Positions 1 through 12,800 of a DNA stretch of 40,439 nucleotides are shown here, piece by piece. Source of the stretch: Octopus sinensis. Lineage: Eukaryota. Position 1 is the first letter of the stretch. Each line of letters begins with the position of its first letter. The stretch lies in contig NW_021835379.1 of the NCBI RefSeq assembly GCF_006345805.1, positions 1 to 40,439 on the forward strand, read 5' to 3'. Made by a program: the position numbers and the translations under genes. The notes beneath the pieces are model-generated. The model did no database searches. It saw only the letters and a list, made by a program, of their open reading frames with translations, and was not told the DNA's origin.

Positions 1-126
1 GAATAAGTGTATACAATTATCTGTTTCTATTGACAAGTAACATCTTATTCAACTGCCAACTACTTTCATACTGTTCTTTTGGAAATATTTTCATAGGAAA
101 TTTGATATTTTAAATTTTATCAAAAA

Positions 127-514
127 CTAGCAGTATCACCTGGTGTTGCTTGGGTTTGTTTCAACCCTTTAGAATTGGAATTTTTGAAAAGTAAAAATTT
201 TGCATTATGCAACTTGTTATTCTCTTCAAGTAAACATTTTTCCAGTTGAAATACACCGAAAAATAGTGACACAGCAGTCAAAAATCATAAAAAATAGGGA
301 TTTTCATAGAAAAAAAGCACCTTTTTGATGTAAATAATTTTTGGTGTTAACATGGTCCGATTTGAATTTTATCTTCTACAGAATGAAGAGCAAGCCTTCA
401 TCTATTATACTCTCAATTTTGGTCAACTTGTGCTGCAGGGTCTCGAAGGAGATAGAGTTAGTTGAAGGCTACCAAACCTGCCACAACAGACAACTTCAGC
501 TTTATATATATAGA
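127..514 (-). mobile_element. Non-autonomous Helitron-like element
   Basis: Minus strand starts a|TCTATATATATAAAG at 514 and ends ...cccaagcaacaccaggtgatactgCTAG|t at 127. This gives a TC start, a CTAG end, a degenerate GC-rich subterminal hairpin and an A|T target with no TSD. Confidence 0.7.
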
Positions 515-1223
515 TTTGCTACACACTACTTTCTATCCTTAATAATGAAACTTGGTAGATCCAAAAGTTAAACACACAAACACAGATACACACACAGACA
601 CATAAGTTGAGTTTTATATATATAGATCTCTCAACGGGGATTTCAGGGGAGAGTTTCAGGGAGTCGCTGGCGATGTATTGTGATGATCAAAAATCCGGCC
701 TGCTAAAATTTGGTTAAAGTGATTCAAACTGCAGACACAATGCAAAATGGTCACATTTAATTCAAAGCGTTAAAAATGTTATGAAAACAATTGGTGTGTT
801 CACAAAGTCCAAATGATTAATATGAAAAAACCCTCCAGGCTACATCCCGAAAATTCATTTCTTTGCCAAATTTCTACAATGTTTACAGCGATTCATTTTT
901 ATATCTTGATTTTTTATTTTTCATGCAATTTACACATGCCTGCACGCGTGGTGAACACAGTTCACGTCAAACAGCTGAGTAAAGTTCACTATTCAATGCA
1001 TGGGATAAGGCCTAAACAAACACATTATCGATTTTTGCACTTGCGAGATGAATTTCGGAACAAAAATAGCGCAGTTCAATTTACATTCACCTAAACTTTA
1101 AGTGACCCATTTTTGGTGGTTCTACGATTTGTTGGCTAGGAGGAGATGTGCCAGGAAGTTAAACGCACAGACACACACACAGATACACATACAGACACAC
1201 AAGTTGAGTTTTATATATATAGA
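515..1223 (-). mobile_element. Two further Helitron-like 5' segments stacked upstream of the first element
   Basis: agttgagttttatatatatagat (rc TCTATATATATAAAACTCAACT) ends at 626 and again at 1223, each preceded on plus by a CA-rich tract. No separate CTAG 3' end was found for either. Confidence 0.55.
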
Positions 1224-1269
1224 TATCTGAGCAGCTTAGGTGGGTGTTTAATTTAGTAATTAGAAAACC

Positions 1270-2300
1270 ACTGACTTTAACTTGCACCTCTTTTCTGACC
1301 ACATATGCACTGGTGCAAAAGTACTATGTAGATAGTGAATGCATACTACAGCACTAAGATTTTCTCTTAGCAATGAGCAAATAATTTGGCCACTATTTTA
1401 CATGCGTAAAGTTTTGTGTTGCCCAAACTTCTGCTTTAGAAGCTCAAAGACTTTGCAATAACAGCCACATCAAATAACTGACCAATGTTTACTAATTGCT
1501 TTTCAATCCTTTGATTTTAACTGTAGACTGTAAAACAATTAGCCAAAATATCTAACCACAACAGTCTTCTGCTGGTTTAAAGTTCTCTTTCCATAGGTTA
1601 GGTATGGGAGACATCTTTCATAAAACCTTTTACACTCTTTCTTCACTTTTCCAATGCTTTTCCTAATTTTTTGTCCTGGTTTCTCTGCAAAACCTTTCCG
1701 TTTTGAGGTACAAATTCATAGTTTTTTCTCCTGCTACTTAGTATTGTACTCCAGTTTCTTGAAAAAATTGATCTATCCATATTCAAACTAAAAACATATC
1801 TTCCTGTTTTGCCAGTCCCAGCAGAATTCTGCTAGAACAAACGTGAAGAATTATTTCAACTGCTGATATATTACCATGTTGTATTATGTTTTTGTATCCC
1901 ACACTGGCGAAGTCACAAAATTCTTTTAGAGACATTAAATGACCTGTATATATTAGAAAATATTTTAATATTTTCATGAGTTATTTGATATTAATTGGCA
2001 TGAAGTTGTGCACAATATGTACACCTCAGCTTCATTTAATGCCAATATAGCACCTTCCAAATTTTGCATAAAAATTTACAGGTTCCCATTTTGTCAGGAC
2101 TAGCTGCAACTTTGGCTAAAATGTGTGAAGATCATCTTTCATAAGCAGTCAGATGTTTTGAAATTCAAGTCATGCGAAACAGTATGAAAAGCAAAATTAA
2201 CTTCTTTAGCAGCCACTTTTGGTGAGATACTTGCAAGACAAATTAAATCAAACAAGTTTTGCAGTGTTTCTGGCTTTCTCATGGAAAATGCATGTAATAT
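1270..2300 (-). pseudogene. Degraded hAT-superfamily transposase
   Basis: Manual translation across stops and frameshifts gives AKEVNFAFHTVSHDLNFKTSDC, HIVHNF, KILKYFLIYT..LKEFCDFASVGYKNIIQH, AVEIIL, FYERCLPYL and STFAPV..MWSEKR, in the order expected for hAT transposases ending in the dimerisation domain. Confidence 0.7.
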
Positions 2301-3867
2301 AAGGCCCAATGTTAACAATTATAAATACTTGAACATGTCATAGTTTGTCTCAACACAAGATTCTCAGTCACTAGTTAGTTTCTCCAGGGACAATCTGGTT
2401 TTCCAATGGTCATCTGTTTCCTTCTTTTTTGAAACTGGAGGAACAATTCTAAATATTTGGACTTTTTCGTGTGTATGAATGAAGTACAAGATTATAATTT
2501 TGAGTCTCAACTGGGTTCCTGCTACAAGTGTTTCATTAGGGTTTAGTAAGACTAATTAGCACCAATGTCTTGCACCTTTCTGTCAAATAATAAAGATAGT
2601 AACAAATAAATATTTCAAGATTATTAAAAACTGGGACAGACTTTCAAATTGGCTGGAAAGCCAGAACAATGAGTTAAAATAGGATAATTTAGGCCAAACC
2701 AGGTTATACAACAAATAAATATTGTCTACAAATATATGAAGTAATTCATGATCAACATCATCATTTTAATGTCCACATTTCTATACTAACATGAGTGAGA
2801 AAGAATTCACCGAGACAGATTTTCTCTGACTGGATGGCCCTCTTTTCCCCAACCTTCCTTTGATTCCAAGAATGTTATGTTTTCTGCATGACAGGACATG
2901 TTTTTGTGGATGATTGGAAATGAGCAACACCAAATGTATGATGCTGACACATTCATGAGTATTGTGCAAGGTCAAGACAAGCAGACACACACACACACAA
3001 ATCACAGTGTATAGTTTATATATCCCTACACATTTTTTCTCTCTCCATTTTCCTCCACTCAATCTTTTCTGTCAAAGAGCATGAGCTTGAAATATCAAAG
3101 ACTTTTCCATTCTTCCTGAGCGTTGAATTCATACATCTACCTGTTGTTCCCTCACCTGTCTTCCTCTTTTGTTTTCTGTAAATTTGAAATATTATACATC
3201 CATCGTGGCCAATCTTACAAATTGGTTTTGCACTGGGGTTCAGTAGGATGTTAGGTAAAAGCCTGATTATGTAAGCCTGACTCTTCTAAGTTGGCAGGTA
3301 ATTAAGAAAATGTGGTGACTGTTTTTCAAATTTTCTTCCATACCAACCATCTCTGGAGAGTACAGGATAACATAATCAATATACTGCATATTTTTTGTGA
3401 TTTGTGGTGGGTTTGTGTAAGTAGGTAGATAGAGAAACAGATAAACTGACACACACAAACAGGCAGATAGATAAACACATTTATATATATATATATCCTC
3501 ACCACTATCCACACTGCCCTTGCCAGAGCATATTCTGTGGACCATGCATCTGCTCTCTCCCCCTGCACCCGCCCCACTGTCTCCCGTTTCTCCTCACCTA
3601 CCACCCCACCACCCTACCTCTCCAACGCACCATTCTCCGAGCCTTACGGTGACTCCAGTCTGACCCCTCCACTTCGCATATCTTCCCTAACTGACCCCCT
3701 CCCCTCCTTCAAATGAGCCCACAACCTACAAGACCTCTTGGTCCACAGCTTCTTCCCTAACTCAACCTCCCAAACCCAGCTCATTACCCTGCTCCCGCCC
3801 ATGCTGCCGCACTTGCCCTTACATCTCCAACACAACGCTCCTCACCAGCACCCATCATCAACACTAT

Positions 3868-4135
3868 CATGATGTGGTGAGATGTGGACTCTGAATATAG
3901 AGGACATGCAAAGACTAGAGAGGAATGAAACTAGTATGCTCCAATGGATGTGCAATGTCAGGTTTCATGTACAGCAAACTGGCATACAAGGAATCAAATG
4001 CAGCATGTAAAAGTGAAGACTGCACTGGTTTGGTTATGTGATGTAAATGGATGAGAACAGTTGCATAAAGAAATGCTGGTCATTTAAAGTGGATGGAACT
4101 TGTTGAAAAGGGTGACCCAGGAAGACAAAGAACTG
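3868..4135 (+). mobile_element. RTE-clade LINE 3' coding fragment, degraded
   Basis: Remnants of CEMWTLN.EDMQRLERNETSMLQWMCNV, W.G.VM and GRPRKT-like motifs typical of the RTE C-terminus, with many stops. Confidence 0.6.
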
Positions 4136-6180
4136 AAAGATTGGGGATTCATTATACTTGATAAGATCCATCCATCACAGCAAATATAAGGTCCTAAGAT
4201 CACCTTGGTTATGCTTGCTTGTGCTGGGCCCTGTCAAACATCCCCACATCTCAGCTCCCCAACATCAATCCCTCCTTGACACTATTACATCCCCTAACAC
4301 TATGTGTTACCAATTATGGCCTTCCCTCAGTTTCCATCCTTCCTTCTAATTATTATCTCTTTCAACAAGCATCCGTTCCCCAGCTCTTCTCTGCCATATT
4401 TTACCTTAACACCCTTCATACTTGCTCTCATTCTCGCACCACACCCACTCACTATAGCCACCCTTATGTATCTCTACATCCCTCTTCCCACTGCTCTTGT
4501 GCCTTGTTCATCATCCTCTACATTCTGATCCATTAGCACTGAGTCACTTATTTCTCTCTCAACTTACACCCCACTCCATAATGCTATTTCCACTTAAGCC
4601 ACACCTCCTCTCCACATCATTCCCTACATTCCCTTCTACACCCATCTCTAACCATCTCTTCCTTCCCTCCTGATCCACTACCCATTTTATCTCTTTCTCT
4701 TGGAAGGTTTTGCTCTAGCACCTCATCACAACCATCTGTCACCCACCCTTATCTAAATGTGGGGTAGCCATGCTTCTTTTCTATAGTAAGACACATTTGC
4801 CTGTTCCTGGTATAAAGTCACACAGGGCTGTTTTTCTTCTTCTCCTTTCTTGTTCTTTTTTGTCTTGCAAGTTACTTAGCAACTTCAAAACTGCCAGTGG
4901 CATGAAAAAGCATGCAGTACAGACTGTAAAGTGGTTAGAGTTAGAAAGGGGGTATCCTGCCAGAGAAATGATCTCAAAGCTGAAACGGAGCATGATGCAG
5001 CCCTGCAACTCACTGGAGCCAGTCAAGATGATTACAATGATGTATAGCTATCATTCTGGAGTGGATCACATAATGAACATAGAAAATTTAGCACTATTTG
5101 GTAAGGAGAGTTAAAGACAAATATCACATCATGTGTAGACCAACAGCCATTCTCGTTTCAATTAGTCTACAAGAAAGCCGGCATGAAAGCCATGCAATTT
5201 TGGAATTGTATAAGAGATATTAAAACAATTTTCCTTTCATAATAAATCATACTTTGTAAACAATCCCTCAGACATTTCCTAATGCATTTCCATTTTTGCA
5301 TAATTGTATGAATTCTTGTGTGTAGAATACAAATTCACAAAAATTTTCTGAAAATTCCGAAATATAAAAAATTTATGAGGGGTTATATGGTGTGCATAAA
5401 GCAGAATTTCGTCAATATTTCATTTGTTTACAGTTGACATCACGTGCTGGAACATACAAAATTATAGCTTCCAAATTCTGTTTTATGACTGGATAAAAAT
5501 TATAAAACTTTAAACTTCGGTAACTTTTTTTTTTTTTTAATTTCTGGAAAAAGTGAATTAGCCCCTGAGATTCAGTGTGGAGAATTGCACCAATACACCA
5601 AATTTTAAAATTTTCAATAAACTTTAAAATTACCAAAGAAAAAACTCCAGCTCAATCTGAATGTATACCTCACAGCACTATCATAAATCTACAAACTGTA
5701 AATAAAGTAAAATCTATTAACACATCTGTTTCAAGATGCACAATTCGTACAAGCAGTATCAGCCAATGTCAAAGTACACATACCACCACCATTATCAAAA
5801 CCCCCACCCCACCAAATACTAATTAAACTTTACAGCTTCAACATACGTAACCAGGAATCCTAAAATCTGTCAGTATTCTCAACGTGACATTGTAGAAAAA
5901 CGGAGAGCTTCTGATGTTGTTTTTCATTCTAGTATGCTACAAGTGCTGATGCTAACACAGCTTATTCTGTCTTCACCTGTGTCTGTAGCATCAAATGAGC
6001 AAACATCCAACACATTCACCATTTGAAGAACAGGCTCTGTACCACAATCACACAGCACCCTCTAGCACATAGTGCCATAATGCATAATAAAAATGCATTG
6101 CACATCCTCGTAGAAAGTGTCTTTGCTAAAATGAGTGCATGCAGAAAAGTTTTTGGAATGCTTTGAGACACTTTTCCATG

Positions 6181-7141
6181 TGTACGAATGTAGGATGAAA
6201 ATTTCATAGGCTGTCTATAAAAGAGTGATGAAAGAGCTGTGAAATCTTGCTTGCATTAATTTCAATTCTCCTATTTAATAAATGCATTGTTTCTTTCCAG
6301 ATATAATGATATCTGACTGTCCGGAGAAAACTTCAAAAATAATTGTTAGCAACTTCTCTTGAAAACAGACAAAATTTGGCATCGTGCTGTAATCAAGTAC
6401 CTACAGGGAAAGGTTTTGGCACTCAAGGACATTCATGCCGATGTTATTCATGTAGACATGATACATTAAGGGTTGACACTCCTGCCTTGTTGTCAGTACA
6501 AAAGTGGCAGCTAAATTTAGCAAGGGAAGAGATAGTCTTCAGAAAAATCATGGCTTGGATGTCCTGCAGCTGCTGCTGCCACCACGGAAGATATTGTGTT
6601 CATCACATAATGATGAATGATAGGTGATTGACTATAAATTAAATACCCAGTGCTGTTAGTATATCCTGTGAGAGAGTTGAGACTATTCTGCAAAATGAAC
6701 ATAGCATGATGAAGGTTTCTGCTCGCTGAGTGTCACACGTTCTGACACCCGATCAAAAATGCTCCAGGTTGATCACGAGAACATCTGACATTGAGGTGGA
6801 TCCAGCACGTTTCCTTGATTGTTTCCTAACCCAGGATGTTTTTGGGTTCATCACATTGAGCCAGAGACAAAGAAGCAATCCATGCAGTGGAAAGAAACAC
6901 CTCTCTTCACCTGCTCCACTGAAGGACAAGGTTGTTTCATCTACAGAGAAGGTTATGGCCCCGATTTTTTGGAATATAAAAGACATTGTGCTTATTGACT
7001 GTCTTCATAAGGGTCACACTTTCAATGGAGAGTGCTATGCCAACTTGCTAAGGCAGTTATGAAAGGCTACTAAGACCAAACGCCCAGGAAGACTGATGAA
7101 GAGGGCCGTGTTTCATCAGGAGAATGCTCCAGCACACAGGT
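6181..7141 (+). pseudogene. Mariner (Tc1/mariner) transposon remnant, 3' truncated
   Basis: TIR-like tgtacgaatgtaggatgaaaatttcatagg at about 6181. Then DKIWHRAVIKYLQ, KVSAR*VSHVLTPDQK (WVPHEL motif), FLTQD (first D), KVMA.FWNIKDIVLID and VFHQENAPAH (second-D region). Multiple frameshifts; sequence stops before YSPDL. Confidence 0.9.
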
Positions 7142-7461
7142 CCTATTCAGTCGACCCCCATAATAAAAACATTATTATACTTCTGTTTTGGTATTAAGAA
7201 TGAAAAGTCTATCTTGTTCGTAGAAACTTTTGGACTTTGCTTTGCACACCCCAAGCAAATTTAGTTCCTGGTCAGTGGATGAGTGTCTAATGGCGTCACT
7301 GAGCTAACGTATGCATATACAGACTTGAGACGGATATGTGTCTGTATGTGTGTCACACACATCCGTCTGAAGACTGTATACGCATCGTAGCACAGTATCT
7401 CTAATGTACATATGCATGCACACACAAACACGATTTATAACTTTTAGGCGGATATAAACAG

Positions 7462-7464
<3 letters not shown>

Positions 7465-7510
<46 letters not shown>
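7465..7510. repeat. (TA)n microsatellite
   Basis: Pure TA run. Confidence 0.95.
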
Positions 7511-7512
<2 letters not shown>

Positions 7513-8164
7513 TGTACCTACACAAGTGTGCCCCACCACCGATTTGTTTCCTCATAACTTACTTTTTCGAATGAAATGCTTTACAATTGGAATTCAGAAG
7601 GTGTGGACTTCGATTATATCGAAACTTGTTGCGAAAAAGTTTTTCCGAGTGTCGGGAGAGCAGTTTCGGAAAATTTATACGAGTTGGCTTTGTTTCTACC
7701 TAACTTTCAGTAAAATAGATTTTCATTGAGGAAATTTTCTATAAATATCTTTCAAACAGTGTATGTTAAGATTGTATCGTATTTAAAATGAAAGAGTAAT
7801 TGGCGATCTCGCACAAATACACACTGATATAAACCACAAAATGAAACTCGAAAGTTCAATAAGAATTGTTTGTCATTATAAATGGGAGCAAGCCCATATC
7901 TTTTTTTACTTTCTTTTACATATTAAATTCCAATACAAACATAATCTACACTATCTGAATGGTGTTTATAGAAAATTTCATTAAAAAAGGGAAAAAATGC
8001 CCAGTTTCCTGAAAGGTATGAGAAAAACAAAACAGACTTTTGTAAATTTTCGGAAACTCTCTTCCCCACCTTCAGGAAATTTTTTCCTATAACTAATGCC
8101 GATATCACTAGAATCTGCACCATCTGAAGTATATTTATAACATTTCATTAAAAGATATCAATTT
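7511..8164. mobile_element. Foldback/MITE-like element with long degenerate inverted repeats
   Basis: About 7555-7680 aligns by eye to the reverse complement of about 8040-8165 (shared blocks aatgaaatg, ttcaga.ggtg, gatat, taaatttt..gaaact). No coding signal. Confidence 0.45.
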
Positions 8165-8440
8165 TTCAGGTGGATTTTCGATCTTCTAATCAGTATCAAA
8201 TTTTGATACTGATTAGAAGATCGAAAATCCACCTGAAGATTGTCGGTAGCAGATATGAAACAATTGTAGTGGCGGTTTATTTAATTTATATTAAAATTTT
8301 ATGTATTGATTAAGTCTTTCCTTGTTTGGTTTTAAAATAGTGGTTTTGTCTCGAATTATATTATATAATATTTTACTATAAAATGGATTTAACCCTAAAT
8401 CTGATTTTTCCCTGTAATTTTGGATTCATTCCCTAATATT

Positions 8441-8445
<5 letters not shown>
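8165..8445 (+). mobile_element. Penelope-like element pseudo-LTR with inverted 5' copy
   Basis: Perfect 36-bp inverted repeat at the left end, followed by a hammerhead fold and an AT-rich tail. This layout is typical of truncated PLE insertions. Confidence 0.65.
8229..8272 (+). ncRNA. Minimal type I hammerhead ribozyme motif
   Basis: CCAC - CUGAAGA - U UGUC ggtagca GAUA U - GAAA C AAUU G UA - GUGG. Helix I is CCAC/GUGG, both core boxes are present, helix III is capped by palindromic AAUU, and the cleavage triplet is GUA (8266-8268). Confidence 0.65.
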
Positions 8446-8506
<61 letters not shown>

Positions 8507-8615
8507 ACACATACATATATATACATACTGTGTTATGTGAATGTATAGAGAGAATATATATGTATGCACGCATATACATGTAAATATTATGTATATATAT
8601 ATATATATATATATT
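8443..8615. repeat. (TA)n-rich microsatellite cluster
   Basis: Long TA run with TACA/TATG variants. Confidence 0.9.
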
Positions 8616-9422
8616 ATCGGATAACAGTAAAAATTTACCAGTGTGTCTACACATTTTATGCGTGCATGTTTACATAAGCTACTCTGCTTTTTGTGAGCCG
8701 CTTAAATAGACATAAAACCTCCAAATTTAAACCGAATATGAACTTAAACTTCTGTAGTTGGACAGTTGAAATTATAAAGCAAGTTATGTTTTCTTGTATT
8801 CAAGCTTTAGATGAATATTAAACAATATTTACTTACCGACGACAATGATATCCTTACATTTACATTATATAGAGTAAACGCGGATGTAAAACCTAAACCA
8901 AGCCCGTTTAGAAGATCAGAATATATTTTTACCTTGCTTACATAGCCATCGACAACTTTTAGGTCAACCAATTGTTTTGTTGTTTACCTCTCTCTCTCTT
9001 TTACCCTCACTCTACTATCGTTCTATTATCGTCTAACCAATTAGGTTATGTAGATAAATAAGCTGATAGCATTTCAATGTTGTATGTCCGTTCAGACTCT
9101 TCTACTTTCACTTCCTCCTTTTCTTTCTCTGTGTAATTTATTCTTCTCTCTTTCTTCTCTATTTTCACTTCTATCCCACCGTATAAAGAATGAAAGGATT
9201 TATGAGAGAGAGAGAGAGAGAGTATTTCTTTATTCAGCATAAGGTTGAGAAAAAGAGGAGACAAACAAACGTTGGAGTCAGGGTTTCGAATGAGACGAAA
9301 CGTATGAATAAACAAACAATTAAAATATATACAATTAAATGAGAATGAGTGAATAACAAAAAATGAAGCGGAGGACACGGTTGACCCCACAAACCACATA
9401 CGCTGAAGACTTCGATTTCTCC

Positions 9423-12400
9423 TTTTCTACATTCTCGATAAAACAGGTTCTTTCACTCGCAACATACTTGCTATAGACTTCCATCTTTTACGAAACACAC
9501 TTTGCGACAGGCATTTCTTCTCCAGCCTTATTTTCCGTTTCATGTGGAAAACGAAAAAGTCGATTAGCTCGAGACTGGAGATAAACAGGCCTGTTGCAAT
9601 TCCTTTTACTCTCGTCCTCCACACTACTTCTTTCGCCATAGCAACTACCGAAATAAACCAGGCTCGCCTCCCTATTCAGGAAGGTCGGCGGACCGATCTT
9701 AATTACAGATTCGCTTGACAGTTGTACTCTTCTCGAATGCGACAGCAGGTGTTCGACATAAGCCCAGAGTTCAGTCACCTTCGGGCATTGCACAATTCCG
9801 TGCAGGACATCTTGCACAAACCGGCGAAGGTGCACACCCAGGTCTAAAGAGCTTATCTCGAACCGGTAAAGCTCCTTTGTAACATTGCCAGGCCAGGGAC
9901 TTTTGGTAATTATCCATAGGCCCCGGACCGAGTGTTCTTTGGAACAGGCTGGCCAGTTGATTTTCGTCGAAGCCCAGAGTTTCTCCTAGGACGTCGTCAC
10001 ACTTAAACTCTACTAACCCTCTATAGAAGAACGAGGTAGTACCCCCGCCACCGGCGTTGCCCGACTGGGAAAGAAGCACGAGTGCCTGATAGCACTCTGC
10101 ATGCCACATGCCCAACCTCGGTCTACACTTGATCCATGGGTTCAGTTCGTTAAACGATGTGAACTGTGGAAATAACAGCTTGACAAACGGAGACCACACC
10201 TGCTCACCGTCCAGGTAAATCCCGAGGTGCCTAAGCCTGAGCGCATTTTTAGCCACGGCATCCCTAACCCACCCTTCAGCGGCTTTTGGCAGCAAATAGA
10301 GCGCCTTACAAGAGGTCTGCTGCCCCTCCACAAAAAGCGAAAGAGCATGCGTTCCAGTTTGTTCAGCCACGGATCAGGGCAAGGCACGACGGTCAGGCGG
10401 TAAGTGATTACAGAGGCGATAAACACTTCTGCAACCTCCGCCCTCCCTTTCAAGGACAGCTTCCGCTCAGACCATGTCTGAGTTAGGAGAGCCACCTTTC
10501 TCGCCACCTCGCTCCAGTTCTTCTCTATCTGGAGATCTGGACCTAACCAGATCCCAAGCATTTTCACCGGTCCTTCCGTCCAACGTCCTACGACGCTGTC
10601 GGAAGAAATCGTCTTGCCCCTCCAGGTGCCGAGTTGCAAGCCGACCGATTTATCCCGGTTGACTTTCGCTCCTGCCACCGTTTCGTAGTCCCTTAAGGCC
10701 TCACCCACCCACTGTAGGTGCTCGACTCGGGAAACGATGACGGTGATGTCGTCCGCATGCGCCGAAGCTGACTTTCCGCACCCAAGATCTTGCGGAGTGC
10801 CTTTCATAGTTTCCAACCTCCTCAGCAACGGCTCGAGGGCCAAAACGTAGAGAAGCGGGGAGAGAGGACACCCTTGACGTACCGAACGTTCAATGCTGAA
10901 CGGCTCCGAAAGGAAACCATTTACCCGAACTACCGATTCGATGTTGCTGTATAAAGCGATGATCCATCCGCGGAAGGTCGGGCCGAAGCCAGCCGCCGCC
11001 AGATACTGATGGTCCACCCTATCAAACGCTTTCGATTGGTCCTAGTGGACCATAGCCCCACTCTTGCCAGGAATCCTATTTACCCTTTCTAAGGCATAGC
11101 GTAGAAAGTGGAGATTGTCGTGGATGGTCCTTCCAGGGATGGCGCAAGTTTGCGCCTCGCAACAAGTTCACCCAAGACCCGCGCCAACCTTTTTGCTAAG
11201 ACCTTGGCCAAGATCTTCAACTCTGCGTTAAGCAGAGTGATAGGCCGGAAATTATCAATTAAATCCCCCTTGTTTGGGTCCTTTCTTAACAGCGCTACCA
11301 CCCCTCGGCTCACAGACTTAGGAATTCTCCCGTTCTGCTGCCAGTTGGTGTACACGCATGCAAGTAGGTGCCCAAACAAGTCTGGCATGCTACTATAGAG
11401 TTCGTAAGGCAGATCATCGAGTCCCGGCGATTTGTCCCCGCCGCAGTCTGCCAACATATCCTCGACTTCTTTGGCTGTGATCGGCGCCTCACAAGATTCC
11501 GCGTCCGGCCTCGATAGACGCGGCGAACCGGCTAGGAACTCTGCGAGCTTCTCCCCGCGCTCCAGCTCGCCGCTCCTCCCGAATAGCTGGCCGAAATGAT
11601 CATGAAACACCTTGCACATCTCCTCGGGTTCGTTTACTAATCGACCATTTGGGCCCGTCAAGGATCGAATGGTTGAGTTGTTGCCATGCTGGCCCTCTAC
11701 CACCCGGGCCCATCCGACTGCGTTGATCCCTTCCTGTCTCATTGCACGGATCTTAGCCCTGACAATGCACCCTTTATGTTTAGCTTTGAGATGTTAGTCG
11801 AGTGCTAACCTCGCCGCTAACACTTTCGATGCACTGCCTGATCTCATTGCCTCTTCTATTGCCTTAACTAGTTCCTTTTCTACTTTGTTTCTAGCACTAG
11901 CTAGTTCTTTGCTAAACCTAATTGACTCAAATTTGATGGCTCTTTTCAGGGCGTACCACCATTTGTTGTTGATAATGGATCCGGTAAACGCCCTCATTAC
12001 TAATTGTTTAATCCGATTCCTGTAGGCTTCACAGTCCAATAGTGACTTGTTTAGTTTCCAGTAACCGGTACCTCGTCTACACATGCTATCTATGTCGAGC
12101 GTACAGGTCACTAATTTGTGATCGCTGTAGCTGACGATATGGTGTTGTGGACAGCTAAGTATTTTCTTATCTTTCCTTCTAGTTATGATTCTATCGATGT
12201 AAGATCTGGACGCCCCGTCGTTTCTTGCCCAGGTCCACGCTGGAGTGTCTGGATGGTCCAGTCTGAATCTATCTGCCAATTCGAAACGACTTAACATATC
12301 GTTGAGGTGAGGTAATCCCCTCCTATTCTTTCTCGAGCCAACATAATCTACGCTTGCATCGCAAATTATGTTGAAGTCACCTAGCAATACTAACGTGTTC

Positions 12401-12800
12401 GACGTGCCAAGAAAATTCTCTAGGCTTTTGAAATACTCTTTCTGCCCGGCTTTTCCTTCGCAGGGAGCAGAGACAGCGACCAGCCTGAACACTTTACCAC
12501 TTCTGTGCGTCACATCCAAAACAACCTACCTGCCTTCCGGATCTATAAAGACAGTTCTAATCTCTAAATCCAGGTTTTTCCTGACCAGCACTGCCACTCC
12601 TCCTCTCCCTCCAGGTCGACAGGGAGAAACGTATTTCTCGTAGCCGTTTAGAAGGGGCATAAAGGCCTGCAGCCCACTCAGTCTGGATTCGGTAATTACC
12701 ACTACATCCAAACGATGCGACCTAAGGTCGTTAAGGAGGTAGCCTTGCTTCCAATACGACCCCAGGCCGCGAATATTTATACAACCGAGTTTAAACGAGA
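9423..12800 (-). pseudogene. Tx1-type ORF2 (AP endonuclease plus reverse transcriptase), disrupted
   Basis: LGCINIRGL, VITES, LLGDFN, SYIDRI, SYSDH, YWKLN; KSPGLD, FRPITLLN, DQSKAFDRVDH, VRQGCPLSPLLY, HADD in place of YADD, KMLGIW; CARC..H...CP. Frameshifts or stops near 12520, 11794, 11100, 11040, 10300 and 9650. Confidence 0.9.

Noticed and set aside
2811-2883. Possible second minus-strand exon (cag|AAAACAT...TCG|gtgaat)
   Set aside because: Weak pyrimidine tract and donor, and no recognisable peptide. Needs RNA-seq.
4200-4750. Pyrimidine-rich tracts after both RTE fragments (also 15500-15800 on minus) as a shared 3' UTR
   Set aside because: Only the composition is similar; no alignable blocks were found by eye.
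4770-5114. 114-aa ORF or plus-strand exon with ag and gtaagg boundaries
   Set aside because: No recognisable domain; it could equally be a decayed transposon fragment.
7320-7376. 22-bp imperfect hairpin containing CUGAAGA
   Set aside because: No downstream GAAA box, three mismatches, and a TG/CA microsatellite contributes to the pairing.
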